Of a stretch of DNA of 64,000 nucleotides, positions 47,861 to 57,680 are shown piece after piece. The stretch lies in the sequence record MN508616.2; one strand, given 5' to 3'. Position 1 is the first letter of the stretch. Each line of letters opens with the position of its first letter. The notes below the pieces were generated by a model. That model was not told where the DNA came from, did not search any database, and saw only the letters and a program-made list of their open reading frames with translations. The stretch is from Escherichia phage ES19. Both the position numbers and the translations under genes were made by a program.

Positions 47861-48259
47861 TCAGCCTTCATCAACAATAGTGTGAGTATTAGCATTTACG
47901 ATTTGCCACCAATCAAAGCGATTAGAATCCATCGGTTTGTTTTCATTTTCTTTGATAATGTCACGGAGTTCATCTTCAGAGAATGCTTTAGCAATTAAAT
48001 CGGTATACCCACCACGGGGATAATAATTATCACCTGCAAACAAAAGGAAATTTACCTTCCCGGAAGCAACATATGCTTCCTTAGGATACTTGTTTCCTGC
48101 GTGGTCAACCACTTCAATATAACGGTAAGGAATATCGGTTCTTTCAGCCCATTGCCATGCCGCCGCAGGGGAATCGAAAGCATCTACACCTAAACGATTA
48201 TCTTCATCTTTAGACGGATTATTTTCGTAATCCGCATATACATAATATTCAACGTTCAT
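47861..48259 (-). CDS. hypothetical protein
   Basis: 132-aa ORF. Confidence 0.45.
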   Translation of the reverse strand: MNVEYYVYADYENNPSKDEDNRLGVDAFDSPAAAWQWAERTDIPYRYIEVVDHAGNKYPKEAYVASGKVNFLLFAGDNYYPRGGYTDLIAKAFSEDELRDIIKENENKPMDSNRFDWWQIVNANTHTIVDEG

Positions 48260-48444
48260 TATTCACCTTTAGAAATTTTATCCATAACAATAGCAATTAA
48301 ACCAATTAAAAATGCTACTACAAGTGAAAACACATTTTCTGCTGTAGTCAATAATCCACATATAAATCCAACAAACATTGAAAAACTAAAAGCGGAAGCA
48401 GAAATTGCAATAGCAACATTTCGAATTAATTCACAACGTTTCAT
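48259..48444 (-). CDS. hypothetical small membrane protein
   Basis: 61-aa ORF MKRCELIRNVAIAISASAFSFSMFVGFICGLL...; own early promoter. Confidence 0.45.
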   Translation of the reverse strand: MKRCELIRNVAIAISASAFSFSMFVGFICGLLTTAENVFSLVVAFLIGLIAIVMDKISKGE

Positions 48445-48472
48445 TTTATTCTCCTCAGTAGTAGATAGGGTA

Positions 48473-48503
48473 ATAGTATCACTACCCTATCTAAAAGTAA
48501 ACT
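48473..48503 (-). promoter_or_regulatory. T4-type early promoter with palindrome-flanked -10
   Basis: Minus strand GTTTAC...GATAGGGTAGTGATACTATTACCCTATC; -10 TACTAT sits inside an inverted repeat. Confidence 0.55.
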
Positions 48504-48736
48504 TATTTTTTACGAAAAATTGATTTATTTTCTGCTGCCCATTTTTCAATAACTGCAGCAGGACCAGTAACAACAATTTTATCACCGTAATCTTCTGCGG
48601 CGAGTTGACCGAAATTATCTAATGCATCACGAAGAACTCCATGAGGCATTTCACCCATTTTATCTTTCTTGCCAGTGTAAATAAACTCAACTTTTACATC
48701 AGCAGTTTCAGCAATAAATTCTTGGTAAGTTTTCAT
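48503..48736 (-). CDS. internal protein candidate (IPI-like) with capsid-targeting sequence
   Basis: Start at MKTYQEFIAETADV (77 aa), a textbook T-even capsid-targeting N terminus; own early promoter. Confidence 0.6.
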   Translation of the reverse strand: MKTYQEFIAETADVKVEFIYTGKKDKMGEMPHGVLRDALDNFGQLAAEDYGDKIVVTGPAAVIEKWAAENKSIFRKK

Positions 48737-48770
48737 TTTGATTTCCATTTGGTTTTGTTTTGATAGGGTA

Positions 48771-48800
48771 ATAGTATCACAACTAAAACCCTATGTAAAC
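48771..48800 (-). promoter_or_regulatory. T4-type early promoter with palindrome-flanked -10
   Basis: Minus strand GTTTACATAGGGTTTTAGTTGTGATACTATTACCCTATC. Confidence 0.55.
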
Positions 48801-48812
48801 AACTTTGTGAAA

Positions 48813-49070
48813 TTATTTTAAATCTTCTAATCGTTTCTTCATCTTAGAACCATTTTTAGCAATTTCTCCTGCATCGGAGCATAATGCTAAAAGTGCTTTA
48901 ACTTTAGTTTGGTCTCCTTTAAAAGATGAAGGATCGACCGCAGCAGCAAGTTCTTTAATACGAGAGAAAAGACGCTCAGCTTCAGCTAAAGCCATTCCAA
49001 GCTTTACTTCCATACCGTGGGAAGATTCAGTGATAGTAGTTTTTGTAGCAAACTCTTTGAAAGTTTTCAT
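48813..49070 (-). CDS. hypothetical small protein, possible internal protein
   Basis: 85-aa ORF starting MKTFKEFATKT (capsid-targeting-like but lacks the Glu at position 10); own early promoter. Confidence 0.4.
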   Translation of the reverse strand: MKTFKEFATKTTITESSHGMEVKLGMALAEAERLFSRIKELAAAVDPSSFKGDQTKVKALLALCSDAGEIAKNGSKMKKRLEDLK

Positions 49071-49101
49071 TTTTATTTTCCTAATTAATTTTGATGAGGT
49101 A

Positions 49102-49131
49102 ATAGTATCACTACCTCATCAGTATGTAAAC
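49102..49131 (-). promoter_or_regulatory. T4-type early promoter with palindrome-flanked -10
   Basis: Minus strand GTTTACATACTGATGAGGTAGTGATACTATTACCTCATC; palindrome arms differ from 48473 but stay complementary. Confidence 0.55.
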
Positions 49132-49143
49132 AACTTTGTGAAA

Positions 49144-49828
<685 letters not shown>

Positions 49829-49829
<1 letters not shown>

Positions 49830-50554
49830 TATAGTACCTTTAGTGTATTTTTAATTTTAGAAAAAAGTTCTTCAAGAGAACCATCGTTTGTAATTACTAA
49901 ATCGCCATCACGAATTGGCAATCCAGCTTCTGTAATATGTGTATCATTGGATTTTTGACCAGGACGAACTACATGAATTACTGTAGCACCCATCGCCCTA
50001 GCCGCATCCATTTCATGATCTTGACGGGTATCAGGAACGATATAATAATCATAACCTGAGTTAAATTTATCAAGATAATCTAAAGCAAATAATTTTACCC
50101 AGTACATGCGGTCGAAGTTATTAACAATCAAATCCGTACCTAGGGCTTGCATCAGACGACGGACTGACCATTGATCTTCAATATTATTTATAACGTCAGT
50201 AATTTTGTTAAATGCTACGAAATTAACTGATTCTTTTCCTTCGTCATCAAAAACAAACACACCTTTAATTGGGCTTTTACCATTAAGATAGCAAAATGCT
50301 TGTTCCATAATCATAATTACTTCTAATTTAGTCAAATTCAAATTAGTCTCACGATCATAGTCAATTCCTTCAAACTCTCTACGAGTTAAGCAAGGATAGT
50401 CAGTGTTTGCTGCAAATACACCCCATGCATAAGCCAATGCATCTTTAATAGGACCAGCAAGTTGATATTTAACTGCAGAATAATTATTCATGATAAAATC
50501 TGCAGTAGTATCTTTTCCACTACGCTTTACACCACTTAAAAAGATTAGTTTCAT
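49829..50554 (-). CDS. 1: deoxynucleoside monophosphate kinase gp1
   Basis: 241-aa ORF with P-loop GVKRSGKDT; length matches T4 gp1. Confidence 0.85.
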
Positions 50555-50603
50555 GTGTTTCTCCTCAAATTTAGTTAAGATTATAACACATGAAACTGAA
50601 GCA

Positions 50604-51134
50604 TTAAACTTCTGCTATAATTTTGCCATCTTTTTCTACTTGAAAATACGTATAAGGAATCGTTGCTGTGCATACTAAAGCTGGGTCTGAATCTTCCGTG
50701 TAGCTAAATTCTACTTCAGACAGGTCAGAAACCCAAGGCTTATAAAAATTTATTGACATCACGATTTCAGTTTTACTATTATCTAAAATGTAAAGCGTAA
50801 TGTATTCAGGACCTGTTTTTTGGGCAGTATTTTCGCCTGTAAGATAGTTACTAGTTCCTAGCATCCATTCATACATTCCTATCCACGACTTAAGCTCTTC
50901 GTCAACTATAAATCTCACGATGAGTGGATCGTATTCAAATGTAACTCCTGGACGTTGTGCTCTGCCTAGTCCAAACGGCCCAGTCACGGTATCAGTAACA
51001 GGTATCCTAATTCCTGGAATAGGAACTGACTGAGCATTTAAAGTAAAAGCAGATGTAGTATTACTATGTGGTATTGATACTACAAAGTTAGTTGTATTTG
51101 CTTGGTTAAAAATTTGTTGCAGAGCTTGCGACAT
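50604..51134 (-). CDS. 3: tail completion/sheath stabiliser gp3
   Basis: Start placed at MSQALQQIFNQANTTNFVVS (176 aa); the tracked ORF extends 27 codons upstream, so the start is uncertain. Confidence 0.7.
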   Translation of the reverse strand: MSQALQQIFNQANTTNFVVSIPHSNTTSAFTLNAQSVPIPGIRIPVTDTVTGPFGLGRAQRPGVTFEYDPLIVRFIVDEELKSWIGMYEWMLGTSNYLTGENTAQKTGPEYITLYILDNSKTEIVMSINFYKPWVSDLSEVEFSYTEDSDPALVCTATIPYTYFQVEKDGKIIAEV

Positions 51135-51240
51135 ATATTCCTCATAATGCTTTATAACTGTTGGTGGTATAATGGGTCTAAGTCCCTTCCATTCAATTCC
51201 ATTTAGAACAAACAACAGAAAAGAATGGAAGATAATAGAA

Positions 51241-52065
51241 TTAAATATTTGACCAGACTTTGTTTGCAGAGAAACGTTTTCCTTTTGAAACGAACTGCTG
51301 AAGTGGCATCAATACAACGTTCGCCCAGTCTTTCGGGGCGATTTCAACAAGGCTACCCATAATATTACCAGGTATATATGCCTTAATCATTTGGTCTGCA
51401 CCCCTAAATCCTTTCACTTGACTCCAATCAATTTTTAATTTCGTTTTATTAGTAATAGTAGGTGTATTTGAATATTGCTTTAAAAGCTCTTCTAGGAATT
51501 GCTGGCGAGCTTTAGGTGGAATATAGTGCAAGTTCAATCCGTACATTAAATTATGCTTACCTAAACCAAGGTAAATTATCAAAGGAAATTTATCCCAGTA
51601 AGGAAGAGTTTCCTTGTGTTTAGCATCATAAGCAAAAGCATATATTCGTCCCGGCTGCGGGCGAACAACTTTATGTCCTTTTACTTGCTTAATAGTTTCA
51701 GCAAACCACTTTCTGGTTTTATTATTAATTGCTGCGCCTTCATTACGAATTTTATCACGCAATGTTTGCCTGAATGAATTTATCATAAGCAGTTGTCTTT
51801 CTTGCTTATTGAGTTTATTCATTGGTTTTGATTCAAGCTTTTGAATCTTTTCAGCTGTTTTAATTCCTGAAGCATATTTTGACATTGCCGAAGTAAACGT
51901 AGAGTATTTGATTCCTCTTTCTTCAGCAAATTGCTTTCCTGTCATTCCTTTTGCTTTGGCCTTTTTATATTCAAGACCTATCTGAATCCATTTCTTTTCG
52001 TTTAATGATTGCTTAACCTTTGGAACTTGGGGAGTGCTTTCATTAATTATTTGAAAAATAGCCAT
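51241..52065 (-). CDS. 2: DNA end-protector protein gp2
   Basis: 274-aa ORF; length and position between genes 3 and 4 match T4 gp2. Confidence 0.8.
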   Translation of the reverse strand: MAIFQIINESTPQVPKVKQSLNEKKWIQIGLEYKKAKAKGMTGKQFAEERGIKYSTFTSAMSKYASGIKTAEKIQKLESKPMNKLNKQERQLLMINSFRQTLRDKIRNEGAAINNKTRKWFAETIKQVKGHKVVRPQPGRIYAFAYDAKHKETLPYWDKFPLIIYLGLGKHNLMYGLNLHYIPPKARQQFLEELLKQYSNTPTITNKTKLKIDWSQVKGFRGADQMIKAYIPGNIMGSLVEIAPKDWANVVLMPLQQFVSKGKRFSANKVWSNI

Positions 52066-52517
52066 TATGCCCCCTTAAAGCCAAGAGCTCGTAATCCATC
52101 TTCTGTCAGAATTCTAAATTTTATTCCACGCTTTTCAGCTAAAGCTTGAGCTGCTTTCCATTTGTCGGTATTAACAGAATATGTATAAATTTCATTCATA
52201 AATCTTTTCTTCGCTGCGGTTGTTAGATGTGCTGGTTTAACTGGTGGTTGTGTTTCTTTTTTAGGTTTTATTTCAATAAAAAATTCTTGTCCAGAAGAAT
52301 CTTTCATCCAAATATCCATGAAGTATCTACGTTTTTTCCCTTCTGCATTACAAAAATAAGGAATTACTGCTGTTTCACTACCCCATGCAATAATTTCTGG
52401 ATTTTTATCTAACCATTCAAAAAAGAATTTTTCCCAATTTGATCTATACGTAATTTTTTTAGGGTCACCTCTATACTTTGATATATTTTTAGGAACCCAT
52501 TTTCCAGAATATGCCAT
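52065..52517 (-). CDS. 4: head completion protein gp4
   Basis: 150-aa ORF; 1-nt overlap with gene 2; late promoter upstream. Confidence 0.8.
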   Translation of the reverse strand: MAYSGKWVPKNISKYRGDPKKITYRSNWEKFFFEWLDKNPEIIAWGSETAVIPYFCNAEGKKRRYFMDIWMKDSSGQEFFIEIKPKKETQPPVKPAHLTTAAKKRFMNEIYTYSVNTDKWKAAQALAEKRGIKFRILTEDGLRALGFKGA

Positions 52518-52528
52518 TGGATTCTCCT

Positions 52529-52536
52529 TATAAATA
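52529..52536 (+). promoter_or_regulatory. late promoter (TATAAATA) for the gene 53 operon
   Basis: Plus-strand TATAAATA about 30 nt upstream of the gene 53 ATG. Confidence 0.6.
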
Positions 52537-52543
52537 GATAATA

Positions 52544-52551
52544 TATTTATA
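52544..52551 (-). promoter_or_regulatory. late promoter (TATAAATA) for genes 4-2-3
   Basis: Minus-strand TATAAATA about 27 nt upstream of the gene 4 ATG; divergent from the gene 53 promoter. Confidence 0.6.
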
Positions 52552-52564
52552 AACAGGAGGGCCC

Positions 52565-53155
52565 ATGCTCTTTACATTTTTTGATCCGATTGAATATGCG
52601 GCCAAAACGGTGAATAAAAACGCGCCGACTATTCCTATGACAGATATTTTTAGAAACTATAAAGACTATTTTAAACGCGCTCTTGCGGGATACCGATTAC
52701 GTACTTATTATATCAAAGGTTCACCACGCCCGGAAGAATTAGCAAATACTATATATGGAAATCCACAGTTGTATTGGGTTTTATTGATGTGTAATGATAA
52801 TTATGACCCATATTATGGATGGATTACTTCACAAGAAGCAGCTTATCAAGCATCTATACAAAAATACAAAAATGTAGGTGGAGACCAAATAGTATATCAT
52901 GTGAATGAGAACGGTGAAAAATTTTATAATTTAATATCATACGATGATAATCCATATGTTTGGTATGATAAAGGTGATAAAGCTAGAAAATATCCTCAAT
53001 ATGAAGGAGCACTTGCTGCTGTTAATACGTATGAAGATGCTGTTCTTGAAAATGAAAAACTTCGTCAAATAAAAATAATAGCAAAATCAGACATTAATTC
53101 ATTTATGAACGACCTTATACGTATAATGGAGAAATCTTATGGAAATGATAAGTAA
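52565..53155 (+). CDS. 53: baseplate wedge protein gp53
   Basis: 196-aa ORF at the head of the plus-strand late block. Confidence 0.85.
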   Translation: MLFTFFDPIEYAAKTVNKNAPTIPMTDIFRNYKDYFKRALAGYRLRTYYIKGSPRPEELANTIYGNPQLYWVLLMCNDNYDPYYGWITSQEAAYQASIQKYKNVGGDQIVYHVNENGEKFYNLISYDDNPYVWYDKGDKARKYPQYEGALAAVNTYEDAVLENEKLRQIKIIAKSDINSFMNDLIRIMEKSYGNDK

Positions 53156-54866
53156 TAACCTTAATTGGTTTGTTGGTGTTGTTGAAGATAGAATGGACCC
53201 ATTAAAATTAGGTCGTGTTCGTGTTCGTGTGGTTGGTCTGCATCCACCTCAAAGAGCACAAGGCGATGTAATGGGTATTCCAACTGAAAAATTACCATGG
53301 ATGTCAGTTATTCAACCTATAACTTCTGCAGCAATGTCTGGAATTGGAGGTTCTGTTACTGGACCGGTAGAAGGAACTAGAGTTTATGGTCATTTTTTAG
53401 ACAAATGGAAAACTAACGGAATTGTCCTTGGCACGTATGGTGGAATAGTTCGCGAAAAACCGAATAGACTTGAAGGATTTTCTGACCCAACTGGGCAATA
53501 TCCTAGACGTTTAGGAAATGATACTAATGTATTAAACCAAGGCGGAGAAGTAGGATATGATTCGTCTTCTAACATTATCCAAGATAGTAACTTAGACACT
53601 GCAATAAATCCCGATGATAGACCACTATCAGAGATTCCAACCGATGATAATCCAAATATGTCAATGGCTGAAATGCTTCGCCGTGATGAAGGATTAAGAT
53701 TAAAAGTTTATTGGGATACCGAAGGATATCCGACAATTGGTATTGGTCATCTTATCATGAAGCAGCCAGTTCGTGATATGGCTCAAATTAATAAAGTTTT
53801 ATCAAAACAAGTTGGTCGTGAAATTACTGGAAACCCAGGTTCTATTACGATGGAAGAGGCGACGACTTTATTTGAACGTGATTTGGCTGATATGCAACGG
53901 GACATTAAATCACATTCTAAAGTAGGACCAGTCTGGCAAGCTGTCAACCGTTCTCGTCAAATGGCGTTAGAAAATATGGCATTTCAGATGGGTGTTGGTG
54001 GTGTAGCTAAATTTAACACAATGTTAACTGCTATGTTAGCAGGAGATTGGGAAAAAGCGTATAAAGCTGGTCGTGATTCATTATGGTATCAACAAACAAA
54101 AGGCCGTGCATCCCGTGTTACCATGATTATTCTTACGGGAAATTTAGAATCATATGGCGTTGAAGTGAAAACCCCAGCTAGGTCTCTATCAGCAATGGCT
54201 GCTACTGTAGCTAAATCTTCTGACCCTGCTGACCCTCCTATTCCAAATGACTCGAGAATTTTATTCAAAGAACCAGTTTCTTCATATAAAGGTGAATATC
54301 CTTATGTGCATACAATGGAAACTGAAAGTGGACATATTCAGGAATTTGATGATACCCCTGGGCAAGAACGATACAGATTAGTTCATCCAACTGGAACTTA
54401 TGAAGAAGTATCACCGTCAGGAAGAAGAACAAGAAAAACTGTTGATAATTTGTATGATATAACCAACGCTGATGGTAATTTTTTGGTAGCCGGTGATAAA
54501 AAGACTAACGTCGGTGGATCAGAAATTTATTACAACATGGATAATCGTCTTCACCAGATAGATGGAAGCAATACAATATTTGTACGTGGCGACGAAACGA
54601 AAACTGTTGAAGGCAATGGAACTATCCTAGTTAAAGGTAATGTTACTATTGTAGTTGAAGGTAATGCTGACATTACAGTTAAAGGAGATGCTACCACTTT
54701 AGTTGAAGGAAATCAAACTAACACAGTAAATGGAAATCTTTCTTGGAAAGTTGCTGGGACAGTTGATTGGGACGTTGGTGGTGATTGGACAGAAAAAATG
54801 GCATCTATGAGTTCTATTTCATCTGGTCAATACACAATTGATGGATCGAGGATTGACATTGGCTAA
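53139..54866 (+). CDS. 5: baseplate hub/tail lysozyme gp5
   Basis: 575-aa ORF; lysozyme domain MAEMLRRDEGLRLKVYWDTEGYPTIGIGHLI parallels endolysin e; C-terminal VxGxxxV beta-helix repeats. Confidence 0.95.
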   Translation: MEMISNNLNWFVGVVEDRMDPLKLGRVRVRVVGLHPPQRAQGDVMGIPTEKLPWMSVIQPITSAAMSGIGGSVTGPVEGTRVYGHFLDKWKTNGIVLGTYGGIVREKPNRLEGFSDPTGQYPRRLGNDTNVLNQGGEVGYDSSSNIIQDSNLDTAINPDDRPLSEIPTDDNPNMSMAEMLRRDEGLRLKVYWDTEGYPTIGIGHLIMKQPVRDMAQINKVLSKQVGREITGNPGSITMEEATTLFERDLADMQRDIKSHSKVGPVWQAVNRSRQMALENMAFQMGVGGVAKFNTMLTAMLAGDWEKAYKAGRDSLWYQQTKGRASRVTMIILTGNLESYGVEVKTPARSLSAMAATVAKSSDPADPPIPNDSRILFKEPVSSYKGEYPYVHTMETESGHIQEFDDTPGQERYRLVHPTGTYEEVSPSGRRTRKTVDNLYDITNADGNFLVAGDKKTNVGGSEIYYNMDNRLHQIDGSNTIFVRGDETKTVEGNGTILVKGNVTIVVEGNADITVKGDATTLVEGNQTNTVNGNLSWKVAGTVDWDVGGDWTEKMASMSSISSGQYTIDGSRIDIG

Positions 54867-54900
54867 TATACTTCCAATGAGCGCTGATTTAGGAGAATCC

Positions 54901-55395
54901 ATGGAAGGTTCTTCTATCGACGTCACCTTTACCGCTCAATTAGAAACAGGTGAAACGTTAGTATCTATAAATATAACTAGTTACGAAGAAACTCCTGGGG
55001 TTTTAGTAGAAGAAAATCGCTTATACGGAACATATGAATCTGTGTTTGGATTTGGAAATGACGCGTTGAAATATCGTTTAGGCGATGAATTTAAAACTGC
55101 TGCTTCATGGGAAGAACTTCCTACTGATTCTGATACTCAGTTGTATTTATGGAAAGCTCCTCAAAACCTCCAGAAGACATTCACTTACGAAGTAACATTA
55201 ATATATGACTACCAAGAACAAAGTGAATCTGGAGGTTCTGGCAGTAATTCTAGGTCATCTTCTGATACTACTGAACCGACAGATCCTCCTGCTCCAGTAA
55301 GAAAAACTCTCGTTAAAAATTATACTAAAACTATAGTTGGAAATTGGAGTCGTTGGGCTAATAAATTAAGAAGCTATGTGTATGAGAGGTCATAG
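54901..55395 (+). CDS. baseplate-associated protein gp5.1
   Basis: Start placed at [10 protein letters not shown] behind GGAGAATCC; the tracked ORF starts earlier, inside gene 5. Confidence 0.55.
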
Positions 55396-55689
55396 ATGTC
55401 AGGATTAAGTTATGATAAGTGTGTTACTGCCGGCCATGAAGCATGGCCTCCAACAGTTGTGAATGCTACACAAAGTAAAGTATTCACTGGAGGAATTGCT
55501 GTTCTCGTAGCAGGTGATCCAATTACAGAACATACAGAAATTAAAAAGCCATATGAAACACATGGCGGAGTGACACAACCTAGAACTTCTAAGGTATATG
55601 TCACTGGAAAGAAAGCGGTTCAAATGGCTGATCCAATATCATGCGGTGATACTGTGGCTCAGGCATCATCTAAAGTATTCATTAAATAG
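55396..55689 (+). CDS. 5.4: PAAR-repeat spike-tip protein gp5.4
   Basis: 97-aa ORF; size and position match T4 gp5.4. Confidence 0.75.
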
Positions 55690-55697
55690 GATTTAAA

Positions 55698-57680
55698 ATG
55701 GCAAATACCCCTGTAAATTATCAATTAACAAGAACAGCAAATGCTATTCCCGAGATATTCGTCGGGGGTACATTTGCTGAAATAAAACAAAACCTCATTG
55801 AATGGCTTAATGGCCAAAATGAATTTTTGGATTATGATTTTGAAGGCTCAAGATTAAACGTTCTGTGCGACCTTTTGGCTTATAATACGCTGTACATTCA
55901 ACAGTTTGGTAATGCTGCTGTGTATGAAAGCTTTATGCGTACTGCTAACTTACGAAGTTCAGTTGTTCAAGCTGCACAAGATAACGGATATTTACCTACT
56001 TCAAAATCCGCTGCGCAGACCGAAATTATGTTAACATGCACCGACGCATTGAATAGGAATTACATTACTATTCCTCGCGGAACTCGCTTTTTAGCATATG
56101 CAAAAGATACTTCTGTTAATCCATATAACTTCGTTTCTACCGAAGACGTTATTGCTATTCGTGATAAAAATAACCAATATTTTCCGCGTTTAAAATTGGC
56201 CCAGGGACGTATAGTAAGAACTGAAATCATTTATGATAAATTAACACCTATTATCATTTATGATAAAAATATTGATAGAAACCAGGTTAAATTATACGTT
56301 GATGGAGCAGAATGGATTAACTGGACAAGAAAGTCAATGGTTCATGCTGGTTCTACATCGACAATTTACTACATGCGTGAAACTATTGATGGAAATACTG
56401 AATTCTATTTTGGTGAAGGTGAAATTTCTGTTAATGCTTCTGAAGGAGCTTTGACCGCTAATTATATCGGAGGTCTTAAACCTACTCAGAACTCTACGAT
56501 TGTTATTGAGTACATCAGTACTAATGGCGCTGACGCGAACGGAGCAGTCGGATTTTCATACGCAGATACATTAACAAATATAACTGTCATCAATATTAAT
56601 GAAAATCCAAACGATGACCCAGATTTTGTTGGGGCAGATGGCGGCGGTGATCCAGAAGATATTGAGCGTATCCGCGAATTGGGTACTATTAAACGCGAAA
56701 CCCAGCAACGCTGCGTAACTGCGACTGACTATGATACATTCGTTTCAGAGAGATTTGGTTCTATTATTCAAGCAGTTCAGACTTTCACTGATTCTACTAA
56801 ACCTGGTTATGCATTTATTGCTGCTAAACCTAAATCAGGTCTGTATTTAACTACTGTACAGCGTGAAGATATTAAAAATTATCTCAAAGACTATAATTTA
56901 GCTCCTATTACGCCATCAATTATTTCTCCTAATTATCTTTTTATTAAGACTAATTTAAAAGTCACATATGCTTTAAATAAGCTGCAAGAATCCGAACAGT
57001 GGCTCGAAGGTCAAATAATTGATAAAATTGATCGTTATTATACCGAAGACGTAGAAATTTTTAATTCATCTTTCGCTAAATCTAAGATGTTGACATATGT
57101 AGATGATGCAGATCATTCTATCATTGGCTCATCAGCGACAATTCAAATTGTTCGTGAAGTACAAAACTTCTATAAAACGCCTGAAGCAGGTATTAAATAC
57201 AATAATCAAATAAAAGATCGTTCTATGGAATCTAATACGTTTTCATTTAATTCTGGACGAAAGGTTGTAAATCCTGATACTGGTTTAGAAGAAGATGTAT
57301 TATATGACGTTCGCATAGTATCAACAGACCGAGATTCTAAAGGAATTGGTAAAGTTATTATTGGTCCATTTGCTTCTGGCGATGTTACAGAAAATGAAAA
57401 CATTCAGCCATATACAGGCAACGATTTTAACAAATTAGCAAATTCTGATGGACGCGACAAATACTATGTTATCGGTGAAATAAATTATCCAGCTGATGTG
57501 ATTTATTGGAATATCGCTAAAATTAATTTAACATCTGAAAAATTTGAAGTTCAGACCATCGAATTATATTCTGACCCAACCGATGATGTTATCTTTACTC
57601 GCGACGGTTCACTGATTGTATTTGAAAATGACTTACGTCCACAATACTTAACTATCGATTTGGAGCCTATATCACAATGA
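55698..57680 (+). CDS. 6: baseplate wedge protein gp6
   Basis: 660-aa ORF; length matches T4 gp6. Confidence 0.9.
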   Translation: MANTPVNYQLTRTANAIPEIFVGGTFAEIKQNLIEWLNGQNEFLDYDFEGSRLNVLCDLLAYNTLYIQQFGNAAVYESFMRTANLRSSVVQAAQDNGYLPTSKSAAQTEIMLTCTDALNRNYITIPRGTRFLAYAKDTSVNPYNFVSTEDVIAIRDKNNQYFPRLKLAQGRIVRTEIIYDKLTPIIIYDKNIDRNQVKLYVDGAEWINWTRKSMVHAGSTSTIYYMRETIDGNTEFYFGEGEISVNASEGALTANYIGGLKPTQNSTIVIEYISTNGADANGAVGFSYADTLTNITVININENPNDDPDFVGADGGGDPEDIERIRELGTIKRETQQRCVTATDYDTFVSERFGSIIQAVQTFTDSTKPGYAFIAAKPKSGLYLTTVQREDIKNYLKDYNLAPITPSIISPNYLFIKTNLKVTYALNKLQESEQWLEGQIIDKIDRYYTEDVEIFNSSFAKSKMLTYVDDADHSIIGSSATIQIVREVQNFYKTPEAGIKYNNQIKDRSMESNTFSFNSGRKVVNPDTGLEEDVLYDVRIVSTDRDSKGIGKVIIGPFASGDVTENENIQPYTGNDFNKLANSDGRDKYYVIGEINYPADVIYWNIAKINLTSEKFEVQTIELYSDPTDDVIFTRDGSLIVFENDLRPQYLTIDLEPISQ

